Source of the DNA: an uncultured Bacilli bacterium
Lineage (GTDB): Bacteria; Bacillota_I; Bacilli_A; RF39; UBA660
Assembly: GCA_944350415.1 (NCBI GenBank)
Contig: CALVOY010000014.1
Coordinates: forward strand, 262-64,261
Direction of reading: 5' to 3'
Length of the DNA stretch: 64,000 nucleotides
This document shows, piece by piece, positions 58,738 to 64,000 of the stretch. Under the pieces are notes generated by a model that made no database searches, was not told the DNA's origin, and saw nothing but the letters and a program-made list of their open reading frames with translations. Made by a program: the position numbers and the translations under genes. Position 1 is the stretch's first letter. Each line of letters starts with the position of its first letter.

Positions 58738-58822
58738 GTGGTGGAGAGAGATGGATTCGAACCATCGAACCGTTAGGAACAGATTTACAGTCTGCCGCGT
58801 TTAGCCACTTCGCTACCTCTCA
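58738..58822 (-). tRNA. tRNA-Tyr (GTA)
   Basis: Loop CTGTAAA, long variable arm, TAGCGAAGTGGCTAAACGC D-arm typical of Tyr; 5' end boundary uncertain by 1 nt. Confidence 0.75.
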
Positions 58823-58833
58823 AAAAAACAAAT

Positions 58834-58908
58834 GGTGCCGAAAACAGGAATCGAACCCGTAACCTATTGATTACAAATCAATTGCTCTACCAATTGAGCT
58901 ATTTCGGC
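58834..58908 (-). tRNA. tRNA-Thr (TGT)
   Basis: GCCGAAA acceptor, loop TTTGTAA. Confidence 0.85.
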
Positions 58909-58915
58909 ACATAAA

Positions 58916-58992
58916 TGGTGGGCGATATAGGACTCGAACCTATGACCCCCTGCTTGTAAGGCAGGTGCTCTAACCAACTGAGCTAATCGCCC
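58916..58992 (-). tRNA. tRNA-Val (TAC)
   Basis: GGGCGAT acceptor, loop CTTACAA. Confidence 0.85.
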
Positions 58993-59107
58993 AAATATAA
59001 ATTGCTATGAACTAACGACTTGACAGTATCAAATATATCATTTCGAAATATATTTGTCAATATAATTAGATATTTTTTTTCAAGTTTTCGAAAAATTTAT
59101 ATATAAT

Positions 59108-59470
59108 CTATTCAAAATGTCCATTTATTTCTTCTAATTTTTTAGAAATCCATTTATCTAAATTTTCTTCTAATGGGCTAAAACCTCTAGAAACTTCTTT
59201 TAATTTAAAATCGGTTTTAGTAGGTAATCTATAATTCATATTCTTGATACTTAATTTTACATGGTATACTGCTTCATCTACTTCTATAATCTTTGCTTGG
59301 ATAGTTTCGCCAATATTAACATAGTCATTGATATCTTTTACAAAACTATCAGAAATTTCAGAAATATGAATCAAGCCACTATAAAACTCATCTAAACTAA
59401 CAAATATTCCATATTTTTCTATTCCTGTAACTTGCCCGGTTACAATCCTACCCTTTTCATATTTTAACAT
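59108..59470 (-). CDS. S1 RNA-binding domain protein (general stress protein 13/YabR-like)
   Basis: GRIVTGQVTGIEKYGIFVSL...GLIHISEIS S1 fold signature. Confidence 0.75.
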   Translation of the reverse strand: MLKYEKGRIVTGQVTGIEKYGIFVSLDEFYSGLIHISEISDSFVKDINDYVNIGETIQAKIIEVDEAVYHVKLSIKNMNYRLPTKTDFKLKEVSRGFSPLEENLDKWISKKLEEINGHFE

Positions 59471-59573
59471 AATAACACCTCATCACTAACTTTGATTATT
59501 ATAACAAAAGATGAGAACTTATTCAACTTCTGTTGCAATAAAATCCAATCCATCATATAATAATGCTGGTGAT

Positions 59574-59822
59574 ATTATGAAAGAAACAGAGCAAAAAATT
59601 ATCGATGTTATAGAAAAGATTAGGCCATTTTTAATTAGTGATGGCGGAGATATTGAATATGTTAAATTTGAAAACGGCATTGTATATGTAAAGATGATGG
59701 GTCACTGTAGCCATTGCCCTATGTTAGATGTCACTTTAAAAGAAAGTATTGAAATGGCAATCACTAGCGAAATACCAGAGGTAATTGAAGTACAAAATAT
59801 TGCAGATGATGAATCTATCTAA
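59574..59822 (+). CDS. NifU-like (Nfu) Fe-S cluster protein, start at MKETEQ
   Basis: IRPFLISDGGDIEYVKFENGIVYVKMMGHCSHCPML: CxxC NifU C-terminal domain. Confidence 0.7.
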   Translation: MMKETEQKIIDVIEKIRPFLISDGGDIEYVKFENGIVYVKMMGHCSHCPMLDVTLKESIEMAITSEIPEVIEVQNIADDESI

Positions 59823-59869
59823 TAAAAATATAGTATAAGGCGTATTATGATACGCTTTTTCTTTTTATG

Positions 59870-60784
59870 TTATGCTTTTTTTATAATCCAAGGAATCATT
59901 GGAATATGATAATTTTCTTGAAAAAATAATCCAATATCCTTTATAAATGTTTGAAATTCATCCGCTCTACTTTCTAAATATAAAAGATCGATATCTCTAT
60001 TGCTGGTAATCATTTCTTCTAAATAGTCAAAAAAGAAACTGGGAAATAAAATTCTAGCAAAAATCATTCTAATTCCATATCTAGAAAAATAATGATTTTC
60101 TAAATATTGTTTCACAAGATCTAGATCCCAAACTCTATGAAGAAACATTGATTTAATATACTCACTAATATCTCTACTAGCATGATCAATAATAATATTA
60201 GCAGGATCATAATAATCATACAATTCATAGTTAATTGTTACTCTATCATGTGAAATTACTAATTGATCACTGGGCTCCTTTTGCTCTTCTCTTTCACTTT
60301 CTTTTAGATATAATAGCGCATTTTCAGCAATACCAATAAAATAATGAAATAATGGGTATATTTTTTTATAACCATCTTGTTTGATAAATAACCACTCTTC
60401 AAAATAATCAATTTTATTTTCCCACAATCTTGTCCATGGAAATCTATTCAAAGTGGAAATTTTATTTCCGATGTCTAAAAACATATCATTTTTAATATCG
60501 AAAATACTAATTTTTTCATTTTCAATATTACTTAATTTCAAAAGGATATATGGTTTATTTTCAATCCAAGTTATATAATTGTTTTCACGATTTAAAATAA
60601 TAGAAAAAAAATAACGATATTTCTCTAATTGATAACTTAACTCTTGATAATAAATGGATATGCTAGAATTATAACAGGGTTTTAATACATATTTTGTTTG
60701 ATCATTATAAAAAAAATACTTTTCATTACTAAAGTATATATTATGAATATTAAAACCATAATAGTAATTAATAAAGTTTTTCAT
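59870..60784 (-). CDS. hypothetical protein (possibly CotS/YutH-like spore-coat-associated kinase fold)
   Basis: Weak N-terminal resemblance only. Confidence 0.3.
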   Translation of the reverse strand: MKNFINYYYGFNIHNIYFSNEKYFFYNDQTKYVLKPCYNSSISIYYQELSYQLEKYRYFFSIILNRENNYITWIENKPYILLKLSNIENEKISIFDIKNDMFLDIGNKISTLNRFPWTRLWENKIDYFEEWLFIKQDGYKKIYPLFHYFIGIAENALLYLKESEREEQKEPSDQLVISHDRVTINYELYDYYDPANIIIDHASRDISEYIKSMFLHRVWDLDLVKQYLENHYFSRYGIRMIFARILFPSFFFDYLEEMITSNRDIDLLYLESRADEFQTFIKDIGLFFQENYHIPMIPWIIKKA

Positions 60785-60847
60785 ATTATCTACCTATAAT
60801 AGGATATGAAAAAAACACTAAAAATATTAGTGTTTTGTTTCTTCTAA

Positions 60848-61897
60848 TTATGCAATTCTTTTTATTTTTTCTTCTTCTATATCGTTGGTAAATGAAGTCA
60901 TATTTTTATCTGTAAATCCTGTTTGTTGTAGTGCTGCAAGGATTTCCTGCTTTCTTGCAATGCTTTCATTCACATCTGTAAGATTTTCTCTAATATCATG
61001 AATTCTAGACTGAAATTGTAAGATTTTATTTTCATTTTCTTGTCTTCTAGTATCTGCTTCTTTAATTACGCCCTCATATTCTTGTCTAGCAAGCGCTAAT
61101 GTTCTGGTTTGACTTTCGTATGCTGCCATCAACTGTTGATCAAGCTCACTATTTTTTCTTTTTGCTTCTTCTTCTTGCTTTTCTAACTCACTTACTTCGA
61201 CACTAATTTTATTTAAATTTTCATCGGAAGCCATAGCTTTTTCTTGTGCTAAAGTTGCTTGTTTTTTGACATCTTTTACTAACTGTGTTTCTTCATCAAT
61301 TTTAGCAATATAGGCATTCATTGTTGTTACATTGCTTTCATTAAGATTCACTTGCTCATTAGTACTGATGAGATTATCTTCAGAAACTTGAGGTGCAGAC
61401 ATCATTTCGTTTTCCATAGTTGGGGCTTGGGTAGAAGTAGCTAATTCCTGCTCTATTTTTTCAGCATCTATTCCGTGATGAATATCATAAGAATCATTTG
61501 AGGTAGTTTCTGTCTGTACTGAATTCATTTCTTTCTCTACTTGCGATTGAACAGAAACATCTGATTTTGGTTTTAGATCTTTTTCTGGCTGAACTGTTTC
61601 TGAACTCAACATATCTGTATGTTTCCTCATATTTTTAATTCTATCTTCTTTAACATTAACAGCTCTTCCTGTTCCATTGGCTAACTCTATATATTTCTTA
61701 GGAAAAATATGTAGATTTTTTTGCTTTTCTGGCAAGTCAAAGTCAGCAGACTTTGTTTCTGAAGCCGCTACTACTTTATATGGAATGTTTTTGACATGTT
61801 CTAATAAATTGGTATGGCTCAATTTTCTCAATTTGATCTTTGATTCAATTTCTGGATTGGCTAAAATTTGATCTATTTTATATTGTGTAATTTCCAT
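60848..61897 (-). CDS. coiled-coil protein of unknown function
   Basis: Long Gln/Glu-rich heptad region. Confidence 0.4.
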   Translation of the reverse strand: MEITQYKIDQILANPEIESKIKLRKLSHTNLLEHVKNIPYKVVAASETKSADFDLPEKQKNLHIFPKKYIELANGTGRAVNVKEDRIKNMRKHTDMLSSETVQPEKDLKPKSDVSVQSQVEKEMNSVQTETTSNDSYDIHHGIDAEKIEQELATSTQAPTMENEMMSAPQVSEDNLISTNEQVNLNESNVTTMNAYIAKIDEETQLVKDVKKQATLAQEKAMASDENLNKISVEVSELEKQEEEAKRKNSELDQQLMAAYESQTRTLALARQEYEGVIKEADTRRQENENKILQFQSRIHDIRENLTDVNESIARKQEILAALQQTGFTDKNMTSFTNDIEEEKIKRIA

Positions 61898-61915
61898 TTA
61901 TAAATTACCACCTTT

Positions 61916-62191
61916 CTAGTCGTTTTTGGAAAGCTCTCTTAATACATCTTTAATTCTAGACCACTCTTCATCACTTTCAATCGCACCCATTTTTGGCATT
62001 TCTCCACTACGGTCTACACTTGATACATAAATAGTAATGTTTCCATTTTCATCTTTTTCATTACGAGTATATACAACATATTCTTTTTTGGTATCATTAA
62101 ATTCAAAACAAATTAATAATTCAACTTCTTCTGTCGTTCCATCTTCCTTCATGATAGAAAGTACTTTTTTATCCATTTCTTTGTTATCCAT
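61916..62191 (-). CDS. DUF1292/UPF0473-family small protein
   Basis: DGTTEEVELLICFEFNDTKKEYVVY pattern typical of the family. Confidence 0.55.
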   Translation of the reverse strand: MDNKEMDKKVLSIMKEDGTTEEVELLICFEFNDTKKEYVVYTRNEKDENGNITIYVSSVDRSGEMPKMGAIESDEEWSRIKDVLRELSKND

Positions 62192-62260
62192 ATTTTACAT
62201 ATCCTCCCTTTATTATCTATTGTATATTGTAGCATATTTCTATGAATCAGTTCAAGTCTT

Positions 62261-62548
62261 TTAACTTTTTTTCTCTTTTTTTTCTAATATATAATATCGA
62301 CATTCGTAACTACAAAATTCTTTTAAATAAACTTCTATTTTTTCATAGTCATTGTATTCTCTATAATTTTTATTCTTTTTCTTACAAAATCCTTTTAATC
62401 GCAGTTTATCATAGGAATAATCTCCTAAAATATAGTCATAGGCATCAAAATAATCCGTAAACTTTTCTATTAACTCATTTTCTTCAAAAGCATTTTTATA
62501 ATTTTTAATTAATTCATACTCTCTATCATTTAACACTATTTTTTTCAT
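62261..62548 (-). CDS. YutD-like (DUF1027) protein
   Basis: YELIKNYKNAFEENELIEKFTDYFDAYDYILGDYSYDKLRLKGF parallels YutD YELVxNYKNGFD...YDYIVGDWGYDQLRLKGF. Confidence 0.5.
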   Translation of the reverse strand: MKKIVLNDREYELIKNYKNAFEENELIEKFTDYFDAYDYILGDYSYDKLRLKGFCKKKNKNYREYNDYEKIEVYLKEFCSYECRYYILEKKEKKS

Positions 62549-62630
62549 TATATCCTCTTCTTCTATTCTTTATTCATAGGTTGTTTAGTCTAACGAGATT
62601 ATAGCAAAAAATATAGAAACTTGCAAACTA

Positions 62631-63392
62631 CTAATTTTCTAAAGGGATGGAATATAAAGAAGAATTTCTTACTAACCCACTTCCATAATAGTTAGGTACA
62701 CTTCCTTGGATCATCTTAATAGCTAAGGGAATATCACATTCTAAGATCATTTTATCTGTTAAAAAAGGTAAAATAATTTGAGCAGTCATTTTTAATTTTA
62801 CACCTATCTTTACCAAGGCATTATTGATTCCGTAGGGAGTAATTTCAGTAGTAATATTACTGGTTACATCACCCACATAGTGCATTCTTATTGGAATAGA
62901 AGGACCAATATTAGATAAAATAGAGTTTCCAGTCACTACACCAATGGGAATTTTAGCAATGATCCCTTTCTTCAAATCTTCTATCTTCTCTTCTGATAAA
63001 TCCATATCATATATCCCTGTCGTATCTAGATTTCCTTCTTCTAATGATTTTAAATTATTTTGAACAGCACTAGTAGCAATATTTAAAATTTGATTTACAA
63101 TCACGGGATTAAAGTCGATCGTTTGAATCTCTCCATTATCGTTTATAATGGTATCAAAAAGATCTTCTACATTAATTTCATTCTCTAGTACCTGAGAAAT
63201 AGCTTTATTGATTACAGTAGTAGAAATTTTATTAATTTCTAACTCTGCATTTTCTAATAAGATAGGTGTAAATCGACTATTCATGAAATTCAAAAAGAAT
63301 CCTACTACAACCAAACACAATAGGAAAGTTATCATTAAAATATTAATTTTTTTAAATTTCTTGCGCCTTTTTAAATGGATTCTTCGTTTCAT
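62631..63392 (-). CDS. YunB-like sporulation protein (N-terminal signal-anchor)
   Basis: Size, basic N-terminus + TM and organisation resemble YunB. Confidence 0.4.
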   Translation of the reverse strand: MKRRIHLKRRKKFKKINILMITFLLCLVVVGFFLNFMNSRFTPILLENAELEINKISTTVINKAISQVLENEINVEDLFDTIINDNGEIQTIDFNPVIVNQILNIATSAVQNNLKSLEEGNLDTTGIYDMDLSEEKIEDLKKGIIAKIPIGVVTGNSILSNIGPSIPIRMHYVGDVTSNITTEITPYGINNALVKIGVKLKMTAQIILPFLTDKMILECDIPLAIKMIQGSVPNYYGSGLVRNSSLYSIPLEN

Positions 63393-63506
63393 TTTTTATC
63401 CTTCTTTTCTACTTCATTATATGTAAAAGAAAAAAAAGTAGAAAAACTCTACTTAAAATAAACGATTTATTTCCTTTTATCTGTTTTAAGATTTTATATT
63501 TGATTT

Positions 63507-63992
63507 TTATATAAAACGATAGATGATGTATCCAATTACTCCAACTACAACTAATACAAAGAAGATAATGGCAAGCTTTTTGAATAAACTCATTTTGGTG
63601 TCTTCTAAAAAGGATTCATCTTCCTCATCGAACTCAAAATCTTTCCTTGATAATTCCATGGACTTTGTATAGAAAGATTGATCTATTTTCTGTTCACTCG
63701 TCTGGTCATCTTCTTCTTGGATAGTTGATTGTTTTTCAGTCTCTATATCTTCCAACATTTGCTTAGAAATCACTGTTTCAGATTCTTCAGAAGGAAGCAA
63801 ATCACTTAACAATTCATCATCAATCTTTTTTCTTAAACTATTAGAGGTGATGGTATGAATTAATTCTTCTAAATTTTCTTCCTCATCTTTTGTTAACTTC
63901 TGTTTTTTTTCATGGTATTCTTTTAATTTTTCTTGACTCAAATCCGATAAAATACTATATTCTACTGTTTTCAGATGTCTCTTTTTATCCAT
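63507..63992 (-). CDS. acidic protein with C-terminal TM anchor
   Basis: ORF track; C-terminal hydrophobic helix. Confidence 0.35.
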   Translation of the reverse strand: MDKKRHLKTVEYSILSDLSQEKLKEYHEKKQKLTKDEEENLEELIHTITSNSLRKKIDDELLSDLLPSEESETVISKQMLEDIETEKQSTIQEEDDQTSEQKIDQSFYTKSMELSRKDFEFDEEDESFLEDTKMSLFKKLAIIFFVLVVVGVIGYIIYRFI

Positions 63993-64000
63993 TTCATCCG

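Overview
This window is strongly AT-rich Firmicute DNA read with the standard bacterial code (the long ORFs are well formed with TGA as a stop). The host looks like a spore-former: CotY/Z-like, YjcZ-like, SpoVE-like SEDS, YunB- and YutD-like proteins are present. Positions ~1737-32310 hold a near-complete ~30.6 kb temperate siphovirus-like prophage, almost entirely on the minus strand. Its gene order is: tyrosine integrase and CI/Cro-type switch at the right end, a replication initiator, about 20 small early genes, a late regulator, HNH, terminase, portal, HK97-type protease and capsid, head-tail joining genes, major tail, G/GT chaperones with a -1 frameshift site, a short tape measure, Dit/Tal, tail fibres, holin, and an M23 endolysin near the left end. 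Two different tRNA-Arg(CCT) genes flank the prophage. A 25-bp exact direct repeat lies inside the right tRNA, and tandem 11-bp 'ttgttgccaat' units sit at both inner flanks; these fit attL/attR cores plus integrase arm-type sites. Inside the prophage, between early and late genes, a second tyrosine recombinase is bracketed by ~135-bp direct repeats that carry a conserved palindrome around a TATAAT. In the lysogeny module, between the repressor and integrase, lies a TM2-domain/DEDDh-exonuclease fusion, a candidate superinfection-exclusion or defence gene. The early region also encodes a SpoVG homologue. The rest of the window is host chromosome: comEA-comEC; two SEDS proteins; def; an orphan histidine kinase with a Cys-less EIIB-like neighbour; a GT4 glycosyltransferase; a duplicated gene pair flanking an unusual tRNA-Glu(CUC); a long GluRS next to tRNA-Gln(CUG); teichoic-acid-type GT2-TagF; an MBOAT/AlgJ-like pair; an ECF sigma/anti-sigma/lipoprotein operon; a 13-tRNA cluster; and small conserved genes. 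No CRISPR array or rRNA is present.
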